A stretch of DNA of 28,909 nt, taken from positions 1 to 28,909 of the IMG/VR virus record IMGVR_UViG_3300049174_000044; one strand, given 5' to 3'. The first letter of the stretch is position 1, and every line of letters begins with the position of its first letter. Positions 13,553 through 22,368 of the stretch are shown here, piece after piece. The notes beneath the pieces were generated by a model. It saw only the letters and a program-made list of their open reading frames with translations. It had not been told where the DNA came from and made no database searches. This stretch comes from a virus. Its lineage: Duplodnaviria; Caudoviricetes. Position numbers and translations under genes: made by a program.

Positions 13553-16047
13553 CACACCCCCAGGTCGCGCAGCCCGGCGACCATCGACTCGATTTTGCCC
13601 CAAGCGCGCTGGGCGGGGTCTTGCAGGATGCGGTCGTCGCCGATGCTTATCTGCCATTCGGGGGGCTGTTCGGGAGCCCACGCCAGGTCGAGTTTGCGGC
13701 AGCGGTCGATGTGAATCTTGTGGTCCCCTTTTAGGACTAAGCCGACGCGGTCGTCGAGGAAGAAATGCCCGAGGCCGCGGTCCCCGATCAGGAACGGCAA
13801 CCCGTCGATGACGTTGACTTTCCACGACACGACGGTGCGGGTCGCCCAGAAACCGGCCCGCAAAACCATCAGCGAGCCGATTGTGTAGGCTTTGCCGCCG
13901 TTCTCCTGGAAGTACTCGAACAACCTTTCCCAACCGGAATGCTGGGCACGCTCGGTGGATTTCACTGACCACCAGGCCAAAATGGTGTCCTCATACAGCG
14001 GTTTCAGCAGTGTGTCGACGGTGCCGCCCAGGGAGCCGATCTGCACCAGGTTACCGACCACATCCCCCACCAACTGTATTGTGGCGGATATTGTTTCGTT
14101 GACGCCGGGCATGGAATGCCCACCGGTATTGACCTGCACCCCTTTCGCGGGGGAGTTGATCCACGCCGACGACTGGATCGGCGAGGTCTCACCCTCCCGG
14201 AACACCACATACGGCAGCGCAGGTTTCGTCAGCTTCAGATTCCCGGTGTAGTACTCGGGCGGCACGTCTGTGTCGGTGACCAGAACGGCGGTGGAGTCGA
14301 TGAAATCCTCCGCGAACTCGGCGACGGTCCGGAATATCCCGTCGAATATGTTGCCGCCATTTGATGTTCCGACATAGACACCGGATTTGTCGACGATGTC
14401 GATAACCAGCGTGCCGTGGCGCAGGTTGGCGCCCTCCCACGGAGGCGGATCACCGTCGAGGTAGCGGTCGCATCGGACGGTCAGTTCAGCATCCTCGAGC
14501 ATGACGTGGGCGGCGTCGTGCCAGTTCCCCATCCGGGAGAACAGCAGGCCCCACACGACACCGGATTCCATCGCGTCGAGGAAACTTTCCGGTTTCACCA
14601 CCATGTGCCATGTCGTCATATCCAGCGCACGGAACCAGGACGTGAAGTCGAGCGGGTCATCAGGGATGGTGATCAGCGGGTTGTGTTCCCGTATCGGTGA
14701 ATTCACCCACAGCGCCAGTTTCAGAAGCCAGGTCACCGGGCCACCGACGACGAACGCCCGCGGGAACTGAAAAGCGGCCGGCAGCCACGGGTTCGGCCAG
14801 ATGGAAACCCATTTCACGTGTTCGTAGTCGTGGAGCCAGTCCATGACCATCACCTGGTCGCCGTCTTCGCGTTGCTCCACACTGAATTTGTCCATCAGCC
14901 CCGACCAGCGGGCTCCGCAGTAGTCGACGGTGATCGCGACGTTGCGGCCCTCCCCGCGGTCCATCCGGCCCTGCGGGTCGTTGACCCATTCGGCGAGCGG
15001 GGAGTCGAATGGTACCTCGAGCTGGCCGGGGCCGGTGTCGTTGGAGATCCACGAGAACTGGGCTTTGTATTCGTTGCGGACGACATGCTGCAACCCGTAT
15101 TCGGCGTCCCAGATGCGTATCAGTGGTGGTTCGCGGCGCAGCGCTTCCTCGTCGCGTTTATGGGCGCGGGTGGTGTCCCAAATACCTTGGAGCAGACCGT
15201 CGTAGTCGACGCCGCCGAGCGGGAACGGCAGCGTGGCTGGCAGCACCGCGCCCACATCTAGGGCGGGTTCGGGTAGCCCGTCCATGACGCTGACCAGATA
15301 GTCGGAAGCGATCTGGTAGGTGGTTCGGCTGTCGCCGGGGATGGGGGTGTCGAACGCGTAGCCGAGATGCCCGAACGTGCCGTGGAATAAGCTCTCGTCG
15401 ATGAAGTAGCTGTACAGGTATTTGGCTATTTCGGTGACGAGGTCGGCTGGTTGGCCGGGGAACTCGGCGAGCGCCGCCGTGACGATGTTGGTGGACCCGT
15501 TGTAGTCGCCGACCACCCATTCCCACATGGCGGTCGCCAAAGCGGATGCGGTGTCGTCTCCGTTGGTGCAGATCGGGTCACCCGCCAACGCGAATTCCCA
15601 CCACTCCGAACCGGAGCCGGTGAGCCGGTCCCCGCTCGGTGCGATTCCGTGTCCGCCGGGGTCCACACCGCCGGGGAACATGTGCCCGGCCTGACGGTAC
15701 GGGTTCGCGGCGACGAACCCGCCGAGGAAGTCTGCCTGCCGGGAATGCAGCGACCCGGCCGGTTTTCGTATCTCGTTGTAGACGATGCTGCACACCGCGG
15801 CGCCTTGGGACTCCCCGGAGATGGCGAACAGGCCGGTGGTGTCGTTGATCGCGTCGATCAGATTCCCTACACCCTGGTCGATGCTCCACTGCATCGACGG
15901 CAACAGCGATGCGGGGTAGATGATGCTGCGAACGTCATAGATGCCGAACAGTTGCCACCATTCGATCGCAATGAATTCCTGCACAGGCAGATACGGCAAC
16001 GTGTTCAGGGTGCCGGGGACGTGGAACAGGACGGGTTTTGCTGTCAT
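13549..16047 (-). CDS. Baseplate hub/Tal-like minor tail protein with N-terminal LysB-like serine esterase domain
   Basis: Likely start ATG 16047 (ATGA). First ~255 aa carry KPVLFHVPGT, GESQG (15802-15816), NPYR, GDP, HLGY. Remainder has PPLIRIWD..ND.G...GARWSG...WPNPWLPA.FQFP...GH.MPGVNE..G.GHFFL.DRVG. Confidence 0.88.
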   Translation of the reverse strand: MTAKPVLFHVPGTLNTLPYLPVQEFIAIEWWQLFGIYDVRSIIYPASLLPSMQWSIDQGVGNLIDAINDTTGLFAISGESQGAAVCSIVYNEIRKPAGSLHSRQADFLGGFVAANPYRQAGHMFPGGVDPGGHGIAPSGDRLTGSGSEWWEFALAGDPICTNGDDTASALATAMWEWVVGDYNGSTNIVTAALAEFPGQPADLVTEIAKYLYSYFIDESLFHGTFGHLGYAFDTPIPGDSRTTYQIASDYLVSVMDGLPEPALDVGAVLPATLPFPLGGVDYDGLLQGIWDTTRAHKRDEEALRREPPLIRIWDAEYGLQHVVRNEYKAQFSWISNDTGPGQLEVPFDSPLAEWVNDPQGRMDRGEGRNVAITVDYCGARWSGLMDKFSVEQREDGDQVMVMDWLHDYEHVKWVSIWPNPWLPAAFQFPRAFVVGGPVTWLLKLALWVNSPIREHNPLITIPDDPLDFTSWFRALDMTTWHMVVKPESFLDAMESGVVWGLLFSRMGNWHDAAHVMLEDAELTVRCDRYLDGDPPPWEGANLRHGTLVIDIVDKSGVYVGTSNGGNIFDGIFRTVAEFAEDFIDSTAVLVTDTDVPPEYYTGNLKLTKPALPYVVFREGETSPIQSSAWINSPAKGVQVNTGGHSMPGVNETISATIQLVGDVVGNLVQIGSLGGTVDTLLKPLYEDTILAWWSVKSTERAQHSGWERLFEYFQENGGKAYTIGSLMVLRAGFWATRTVVSWKVNVIDGLPFLIGDRGLGHFFLDDRVGLVLKGDHKIHIDRCRKLDLAWAPEQPPEWQISIGDDRILQDPAQRAWGKIESMVAGLRDLGVW

Positions 16048-17525
16048 GATCCGGTCCGGTAGGCGTAGAACCAGGCTTTTCCGTCGGCGCCGTCCCCGCC
16101 GCGACCCAGAGGCCACGCCCCGGCACCGCCGCCGCCGGGCCGGTTGCCGCGCTCACCGGGGGTGTTCTCCTGCGCCCCACCGCGATAGGTGCGGCCGTTC
16201 AACGTCACCGACCCCGCCGCTTCACCGGGGTTGAACAGCCACGCCGAAGACGCCCCCGCGGCGGTCAACGTGGTCATGCCGTCCGCGGATGCGGTGGTGG
16301 GGTAGCCGTCCTCGCCGATGGTGAACGGTGCGCCGCCGTGCCCGCCCGGCGGTATGAACCCGGTGATGGTGGTTGTGTCCCAAGGGATGTCGTCGCCGCG
16401 CAGCACAGTGGCGGTAGTGAAGTGCCCGGCCCGGCCGCCCGACCCCCATGTGCCGAGGCCGCCGCCCCAGCCGCCGTGCCCGGAACCGAGCAGGACAACG
16501 TCGATGGTGTCGCAGAAATCGGGGATGTGGTAGGTGTAGGCGCCGGGGCTGCTGAATGACGACGTGCGCGGCCTGCCTATCGGGGCGACACCGTCTGGTG
16601 TAGAGGGCAGCTCCAAACCCCACGGGCGGCTCCACCGCCGAGGTACCACCAGTTGCACAGCGGCGCCCCCGGTCGGGGCGGCCTCATATGCGACCGGCAG
16701 CTCCGTCGGCGGGGTGTAGGGGGGGATTGCGTAGTTAAAAAACTTCCCCGACAGTTGCCCGAGAATGTTCGTGTTGTTCTGATCCCGGAACATCAACTCC
16801 TGCCGGTCGAGATCGACTACGGCGCCGCCGTTGTGGATACTGACGACGATGTCGTCGATGGTGCGGTCGGGGTTGTCGCCGCCGGGTTCACGTTCACCTT
16901 TCGCTCCTGTCCACGACTGATCCGGCAGCGACCAGGTGGCTCGGGTCAAGATCCATTTCTGGTAGGCGATCATGTCGGTGGGGTTCTGCACCACCACAGT
17001 CCCATTCGTGGATGCGGAGCTGTCGGAGAATGTTGAGGTTGCGTCGTCCTCATACCAGAACGGGTCCTGCGCACGAAGTTTCAGAATGAGGTTGCCGTAC
17101 TGCTGCATCATCGGGTCGAGGTCAGGGTCGAAATCCGGTGCCTCATACATGAGCACGTCGATTTTGCGGACCCCGGACAGGGTGGTTTCCACCTCGATCG
17201 TGGTGGGCTGCCAGTTGTCGTCCCACGGATCTGGTTCGTAGTCGAAGATCTGCCGGAACAGCGACTCATTCAACTCGTAGAGATCCGCGGTTTCTTTGAT
17301 GTGGAACCCTAGGTTGATATCCCGCGCCAGCCACTTACGAGCTCGGAACGTCGAACCCTCCTGGAAGGCACCGGTTTTGTAGGTCGTTTTCACGGGGGCA
17401 TCATACAGGTTGTGGACCTGGCCTTTGGCAAGCCAGACGCCTTCTTTGCCTTCGTTTTCCCCGTGGACGTGGAAGATGGTGTCGCCTTTGACGATCCGGA
17501 TGGCGACGATGCCGGGGTCGGTCAC
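16044..17525 (-). CDS. Distal tail (Dit-like) minor tail protein with C-terminal glycine-rich domain
   Basis: First gene after the tape measure. EGVWL..G...YDAPVKT, LRA.DPFW, V.NPTD, IPPYTPPT.LPV, PRRWSRPWG; followed by YTY.IP..CD.IDVV.LG.G.GG...PGGGGAG...G.GA.G.AWF.AY. Confidence 0.88.
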   Translation of the reverse strand: MTDPGIVAIRIVKGDTIFHVHGENEGKEGVWLAKGQVHNLYDAPVKTTYKTGAFQEGSTFRARKWLARDINLGFHIKETADLYELNESLFRQIFDYEPDPWDDNWQPTTIEVETTLSGVRKIDVLMYEAPDFDPDLDPMMQQYGNLILKLRAQDPFWYEDDATSTFSDSSASTNGTVVVQNPTDMIAYQKWILTRATWSLPDQSWTGAKGEREPGGDNPDRTIDDIVVSIHNGGAVVDLDRQELMFRDQNNTNILGQLSGKFFNYAIPPYTPPTELPVAYEAAPTGGAAVQLVVPRRWSRPWGLELPSTPDGVAPIGRPRTSSFSSPGAYTYHIPDFCDTIDVVLLGSGHGGWGGGLGTWGSGGRAGHFTTATVLRGDDIPWDTTTITGFIPPGGHGGAPFTIGEDGYPTTASADGMTTLTAAGASSAWLFNPGEAAGSVTLNGRTYRGGAQENTPGERGNRPGGGGAGAWPLGRGGDGADGKAWFYAYRTGS

Positions 17526-20500
17526 GGCCGCCCCGAGTACTGCATCATCGCCAACCGTTGCCGGTTACTGATCTGCCGGCCCACGTCTTCGGCGTCGACT
17601 GCGGTCAACTGGTTGATGTAGACGCCGTAGTTTGATGCGAGCGGCCCCATTTCGCCCATCGCGTCCCACTGGTCTTGTGTGAGGATGGCTTCGGGGCGCC
17701 GGGAGCGGTTCACGGCGACGGCTTGGGGTGGCAGGATTCCGCCCTGGTCGTAGATGGCGCCGCCGCCGCGGTAGCCGAGGATGTTCGCGATCAGGTCGAA
17801 CGGCTGCGTCGGGTCGGTCTGCTGCGGCGGTGGGGCGCCTTGGTTGCCGGGTCCGGGTGGTGGGCCGGGTGTGAACGGCTGCGGCCCGCCGGCTGTTCCT
17901 CCGGTGACCTCTCCCGCCGATGGCGGGCCGGGCACAGAGGGTTTCTGCCCGAACGCCGGCACCGGCCCCTGCTGCGGCTGCGCGCCGGGCAGCGTTTCGG
18001 GGGACACAGGCCCGCCGGGCTGCTGCCCGACATCCGCCGACCCCGCTGGGGTTCCCTCTTTCTGCCCCTCGAGGTCGCCTTGCTGGCCCTGCTGAAAAGC
18101 CTTTTCAAGGGTGGATGTGGCCAAGCCTTTAACGTCGAGTTGTGGCAGGAATTGGGTGTAGTCGTAGCCGAGCCAGCGCGGCGCCCCGAACGGAAACAGT
18201 TGCTCGATCGCAGCGTCACTCCAGATCGCCGCCAACTGGAATCCGTAGGACGACACCCGTTTAGCTTCGGTGGCGGCTAGGCCGACAGCCCAGTTCGCCA
18301 ACGCTCCGGTCGCCTGACTCGACGCCGGACCCGCGGCGGCGCCGCCACCCCCGCCTGCGGCGCCCCCGGCGGCTATCGCGGCCGAAATCCCGGCGTTGAT
18401 GCCCTGTTTCGCCGCGTCGGCGGCGATGTCGATACCACCCGCGACAGCTTCATTCCCCAAATTCAGTATCCCGGCGAGGAAACTTGTCCCGGACACGGTT
18501 CCGACGTTGGCGACCTGCGCGGCGGGGATGAACCCTTCGGTGCGGCCCCCGGCAGAGTCTCCGAGACCTTGCGCCACGCCGTCGTTGACGACTCCTGCGA
18601 CCTGCTGCGGCGACGGCCCCGGCTGTTCCCCGGTGCCGCGGTGAACGTTCGACAAGTTCCCCGCCGGGCCGCCCGGCCCCGGCGCGGGACCAGCCGGGCC
18701 GCTCGGGCGTGACCCGCCGGGCGGTTCGTAATACCACTGGTCGGCGAAATCCTGCGCCCCCGCAGCGCCCGGCCCGTAGATACTCATCCCGGCGGGGCCG
18801 TTCTCGATGTTCACACCGTTGGGCAATGTGCCGGCGACGTGCCCGCCGCCTGGACCGCCGTGCGTCATACCGATGTTCAGCGCACCCGGCTTGAATCCCC
18901 GCTTGAACCCCAACTGTTCGAACACCGCGGGGCCTGACTCGGTGTTGAACTTGCGGCCCGCAGGCAACCCCGCCATCGCCGAATACACCTCAGACATGTA
19001 CTCCGAACAGTCGAAAGTGCCCCACTGGTACGGTTTCCCGCGCAGCCGGTAGGCGGCGTCGATGGCCCGCACCCTGGGGTCGTTGGGGTCGACCTCGCCG
19101 CCGCCCTGCATGTGCAGCGCCCGCCGGAACGCGTACACGCCGCCCTGGCCGCCCAAAGCTGTGACATCGGCGCGTGTGAGCATGTGTTCGCCTGGTTCGG
19201 CCATGACCGGGACGATGTCGCCGCGTCCCGATCCTGGTATGCCGCCACCGGTTTGGCGGTTGAAGTTGTTTTTGGACGGGTCGTAGGTGAGGCCCCCGGT
19301 GTCTGGTCCGATGAGGCCGGGAACCTTCATCTCGCCGGGGGCGGGCACTATAGGCGGCGCGTTGCGCGGTGTGTCGGTCAATCCGGGCGGAAGTTGCACG
19401 ATGCCGGGGATGATGAGTGGAGGGCCGGTCCATTTGCCGTTCACGACGCCGGGGATGTTGTTGATCATGTCTCCGGGCGGCGCGTCAAGTTTTATGCCGA
19501 TATTGATTTTCCGCTCTTTGTCGGTGAAATTGTGAACCGACTGGTTGGCGTCGTCGATGGACTCCTTGGGAACCTCGACGTTCACTTTGATGTTGGGGAA
19601 GTTCGTTTCGACGAACTTTTTGACAGCGGTGGCGGCCTCTTCGGTTTTGGCTTCAACAACGAACTCGTGGGTGCCTTCGATCTGGGTGAGCGCCAACCCC
19701 GCGTCCTGCAATGCTTGGATCTGGTCCTTGGTGGGAGCTTTCACGACGAGCTGGTTGTCGTTGATAGCGATCTGAGTTTCGGCGAGCGGCTGAATAACGT
19801 CGTTGTACCGTTTGAGCGCGTCGGCGGCATCGCGCACTTTCTTGACCTTGTCGGCGTTCGCCCAGTCGTAGATCGTGTCCGCGAGCAGTCGGCTGCCCTC
19901 GGCGCCCGCCGCGATCGCCGCGATTCCCGCCGCAACCTCAGGGCCACCCAGAAACGCCAGCCCCTCACTGAACTTCGCCAATTTGCCTGAGCCGCCGACC
20001 AGTCCGCTCAGCGTGGAGCTGAGCCCGGAAGCTTCATTCACGAAGCCTTCCAGGGTGCCTGTGATCGAGGCGGCATCGTTGTTCACTCTGTCGACGAAAC
20101 CGGCGAAACCTTGACCGAATTCTTGGATGCCGCCCGTTTTAAGCCCGAACGCTTCACCGATTTTCGCGATGACCCTGCTGGTTCCTTCGACCGCGGTGCC
20201 GACTTCGCTCAGCGCCCCTTGAATGTCGCCGCCGCGGACCTGATCCGCCACACTTTTGGCCCAGTTCTTGACTGTGCCTTTCATGTCTTCGAGCGGGCCT
20301 TTGAAGTCACCGCGCAGCGCTTCGCCGAGGTTGCGCGGGTCGAAACCGTCTTTGATGCCGTCAGCCATGTTCTTGCCGACCTGCTCCAAAGACCCTTGCA
20401 GGCTGGGCGGCAACGCGTCGAAAACGGTTTTCAGTTTCTGCTCGATGCCGGTGGATTTCAGCTCGGCGACGACACCCTCACCGAGACCCTTGCCGAGTTC

Positions 20501-20833
20501 TTCGCCGATGATCTCACCGGTCGACTTCGACTTGACCGTCGCGCGTATCGACTTGTCGAACGTTTCGCCGGCCTGCTTACCGGCTTTCTCCATCTCCGAA
20601 TTGACTTTGGAGGTTTCAACTTCGATCTTCGGTTTGATGACAGGGGCGTCACCGCCCTTATTGACCTTCTCGATCGCGTTGTTGACGTCTTTTTTTACAG
20701 CGTCGGCGTCTACTTTCGGGGTGATCTTGGTGGCGTCACCCTTCATCATGTCCTGCAACGCTTTTTTGAGTTCTTCGGCGAACTTTTTGGTGTCGGGGAC
20801 GATCGAAATGTAGGCGGTGCCCAGTTCAGTCAT
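17522..20833 (-). CDS. Tape measure protein with embedded NlpC/P60-like domain
   Basis: Longest ORF, follows the chaperones. Starts ELGTAYISIVP; helical Ala/Gly/Lys N-half; GG.I.G.G..D.VP motif; GKPYQWGTFDCS...GGGHVAGTLPNG; C-terminal YDQGGILPP..PE.ILT..QW. Confidence 0.92.
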   Translation of the reverse strand: MTELGTAYISIVPDTKKFAEELKKALQDMMKGDATKITPKVDADAVKKDVNNAIEKVNKGGDAPVIKPKIEVETSKVNSEMEKAGKQAGETFDKSIRATVKSKSTGEIIGEELGKGLGEGVVAELKSTGIEQKLKTVFDALPPSLQGSLEQVGKNMADGIKDGFDPRNLGEALRGDFKGPLEDMKGTVKNWAKSVADQVRGGDIQGALSEVGTAVEGTSRVIAKIGEAFGLKTGGIQEFGQGFAGFVDRVNNDAASITGTLEGFVNEASGLSSTLSGLVGGSGKLAKFSEGLAFLGGPEVAAGIAAIAAGAEGSRLLADTIYDWANADKVKKVRDAADALKRYNDVIQPLAETQIAINDNQLVVKAPTKDQIQALQDAGLALTQIEGTHEFVVEAKTEEAATAVKKFVETNFPNIKVNVEVPKESIDDANQSVHNFTDKERKINIGIKLDAPPGDMINNIPGVVNGKWTGPPLIIPGIVQLPPGLTDTPRNAPPIVPAPGEMKVPGLIGPDTGGLTYDPSKNNFNRQTGGGIPGSGRGDIVPVMAEPGEHMLTRADVTALGGQGGVYAFRRALHMQGGGEVDPNDPRVRAIDAAYRLRGKPYQWGTFDCSEYMSEVYSAMAGLPAGRKFNTESGPAVFEQLGFKRGFKPGALNIGMTHGGPGGGHVAGTLPNGVNIENGPAGMSIYGPGAAGAQDFADQWYYEPPGGSRPSGPAGPAPGPGGPAGNLSNVHRGTGEQPGPSPQQVAGVVNDGVAQGLGDSAGGRTEGFIPAAQVANVGTVSGTSFLAGILNLGNEAVAGGIDIAADAAKQGINAGISAAIAAGGAAGGGGGAAAGPASSQATGALANWAVGLAATEAKRVSSYGFQLAAIWSDAAIEQLFPFGAPRWLGYDYTQFLPQLDVKGLATSTLEKAFQQGQQGDLEGQKEGTPAGSADVGQQPGGPVSPETLPGAQPQQGPVPAFGQKPSVPGPPSAGEVTGGTAGGPQPFTPGPPPGPGNQGAPPPQQTDPTQPFDLIANILGYRGGGAIYDQGGILPPQAVAVNRSRRPEAILTQDQWDAMGEMGPLASNYGVYINQLTAVDAEDVGRQISNRQRLAMMQYSGRP

Positions 20834-21237
20834 TGCGCCTCCCTCCGGGTTTTGCTATCCCGCAACTGTTTACGACGCGCCGCCAACTCGTCACCGGTTT
20901 TCGGGCCGTACTTATTCGTGGGTGGGTCGTTGGGGCGTTGCACCGGTTTCGGTTTGCTGCGTTTGCCGCCTGCGCGTTGCCAATTCGCTAGCTGAATGCC
21001 GAACAGGATGGCTGACAGGAAATCCGCCTCTGGGGTCCACCACCACGACTTGGGGTGCTCCGCCCTGAATAAAGCGGACGCCGGGGTGGGGGGTAGGTTG
21101 TTCACGAAATCCCGCAGCTCGGTCCAGGACAGGACCTCACCTATGTCGCGGATGCGGTAGCCCGCGAACGTGATGAGGTCGAACTGGATCGCCCCTGCGT
21201 GTTCTTCGACGAACCGGCAGAGGCTGGTGATTCCCCC
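20830..21237 (-). CDS. Tail assembly chaperone, C-terminal part of the -1 frameshifted product (gpGT-like)
   Basis: Open in the -1 frame across the slippery site; ...GGITSLCRFVEEHAGAIQFDL...LSW..L...WW...LANWQRAGG...PKP..RP. Confidence 0.85.
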   Translation of the reverse strand, partial: GGITSLCRFVEEHAGAIQFDLITFAGYRIRDIGEVLSWTELRDFVNNLPPTPASALFRAEHPKSWWWTPEADFLSAILFGIQLANWQRAGGKRSKPKPVQRPNDPPTNKYGPKTGDELAARRKQLRDSKTRREAQ

Positions 21238-21611
21238 AGCGGCATTGCGGACTGAGCGGCCCATTCGCTGGAGATCTGTTCTAGTTCGCCCAGCGACAAA
21301 ACGGATATCGCTTTGTGCTGTTCGTCGGTGATGAACGGCCGCAACGTCGCCAACGCCATCTCGCGGGACCGTTGCGCGGAGGTGTAGTCGTCGCTGGTTT
21401 CGCGGTTCTCCACCTCGTTGACGTTCTTCTGTAGCTCGACGAGGTCGTCGATCGGCATGTAGTTGTAGCGCGGCAGCACCAGCACGATCGGTTCGCTATC
21501 TTCGACCGGGTTTTCGTTCTCGTCGAACGCGTATTCGCCGTTGATGTCGATGGGCAGTTCGAGTTCGATTTTTGTGCGTCGACTGTTCGAGCCGACGATG
21601 CGGGTAACCAA
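21141..21611 (-). CDS. Tail assembly chaperone (gpG-like)
   Basis: Between major tail and tape measure; TTG start with GAGAGG upstream; ...LGELEQI..EW..QS.MPLGES.AS. Confidence 0.88.
   Translation of the reverse strand: MVTRIVGSNSRRTKIELELPIDINGEYAFDENENPVEDSEPIVLVLPRYNYMPIDDLVELQKNVNEVENRETSDDYTSAQRSREMALATLRPFITDEQHKAISVLSLGELEQISSEWAAQSAMPLGESPASAGSSKNTQGRSSSTSSRSRATASAT
21231..21237 (-). other. Programmed -1 frameshift slippery site G GGG GAA
   Basis: CTG GGG GAA TCA in frame 0 and GGG GGA ATC in the -1 frame, at the canonical chaperone position. Confidence 0.88.
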
Positions 21612-21653
21612 AGCAGGGGCCTCTCGATGTTGTTGTGGCGGGGGCTTTTCAAG

Positions 21654-21704
21654 ACTTCCCCAGGGTAGTAGGCCCCTGCCAGGTTTTCACCACCCTGGGG
21701 AAGT
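21654..21704 (-). promoter_or_regulatory. Strong intergenic RNA hairpin after the major tail gene
   Basis: 13-bp perfect inverted repeat (21654-21666 and 21692-21704), extendable to 17 bp with two G-U pairs on the minus strand; 17-nt loop; followed by CUUGAAAA, not a U-tract. Confidence 0.7.
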
Positions 21705-21712
21705 GACCTGGT

Positions 21713-22294
21713 TCAGGAGCCGGGGACGTGACCGATGTCGGCGACGTATTCGACGACCGCCTCGGGCAGCCCGGTCGCCGGCTTGTAGCAGTCGATCGTG
21801 ATCTGATACGACAGCAGATCCGTGTGTACGTAGGTGATGTCACCGACTGAGGTGACCTGGCCTTCCTGCACAACGATCCGGCGCACCTTCGCGCCGTCGA
21901 TGACCTCCACGACGAACGCCGAGCGGGGCAGCATCAGCGAGCCGTGGTTAACGGTGATGATGCGGTCACCGCCGGTCGCCGACTGGGTGACGTTGGTGTC
22001 GCCGAACACTGTGCGCAGCACATCCGGATCGGTTTCCAGCAGCGTCAATTGCAGCGACTCTTCGTAGTTGTCCTGGGTGACCTTGACCACGTCGCCGCCG
22101 AAGCTATGGTGTTTGGTGGTGTCGCGGTTGAGGGTCAGGGTGATTCCGCCCTCGCCGAGCCAGCCGTGGTCCACGAACGCCGCCCCGAGGGCGGTGGTGG
22201 CATCGGTGGGGAGGGTAGTGCCCAGCGGGGCGCGGTAGAAGACCCCGGCGTCGGAGGGTCGGGTGGCGGCCCAGATCAGGCTGGAATCGGCCAT
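21713..22294 (-). CDS. Major tail protein
   Basis: ATG 22294 with GAAAGGA. APLGT.LPTDA...L..AF...G..GE.GIT...FGGD.VK..Q..Y.E...LLE...V.D..YVH.D...Y..TI.CY. Confidence 0.93.
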   Translation of the reverse strand: MADSSLIWAATRPSDAGVFYRAPLGTTLPTDATTALGAAFVDHGWLGEGGITLTLNRDTTKHHSFGGDVVKVTQDNYEESLQLTLLETDPDVLRTVFGDTNVTQSATGGDRIITVNHGSLMLPRSAFVVEVIDGAKVRRIVVQEGQVTSVGDITYVHTDLLSYQITIDCYKPATGLPEAVVEYVADIGHVPGS

Positions 22295-22368
22295 GTCAGT
22301 TGTCCTTTCAGGCAACAGATGGCAGGGGCCTGAACAGGTTGTTATTCAGTTATGTATTCGGTTGATAT

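Noticed and set aside
13553-13972. Long N-terminal extensions in the ORF track (also 4334-4492, 10909-11037, 16048-16116, 22777-23019, 1733-1870)
   Set aside because: They overlap upstream genes; the shorter starts give 1- or 4-nt stop/start overlaps and family-typical N-termini.
16044-16500. Gly-rich segment as host PE_PGRS or collagen
   Set aside because: No PE domain and no Gly-X-Y periodicity; it fits the phage Gly-rich tail domain.
21141-21264. Overlapping ORFs as a pseudogene or sequencing error
   Set aside because: Explained by the well-known tail chaperone -1 programmed frameshift at GGGGGAA.
21654-21704. Hairpin as a classical intrinsic terminator
   Set aside because: No U-tract on the coding strand, a large loop, and essential downstream genes need read-through; partial termination is not excluded.
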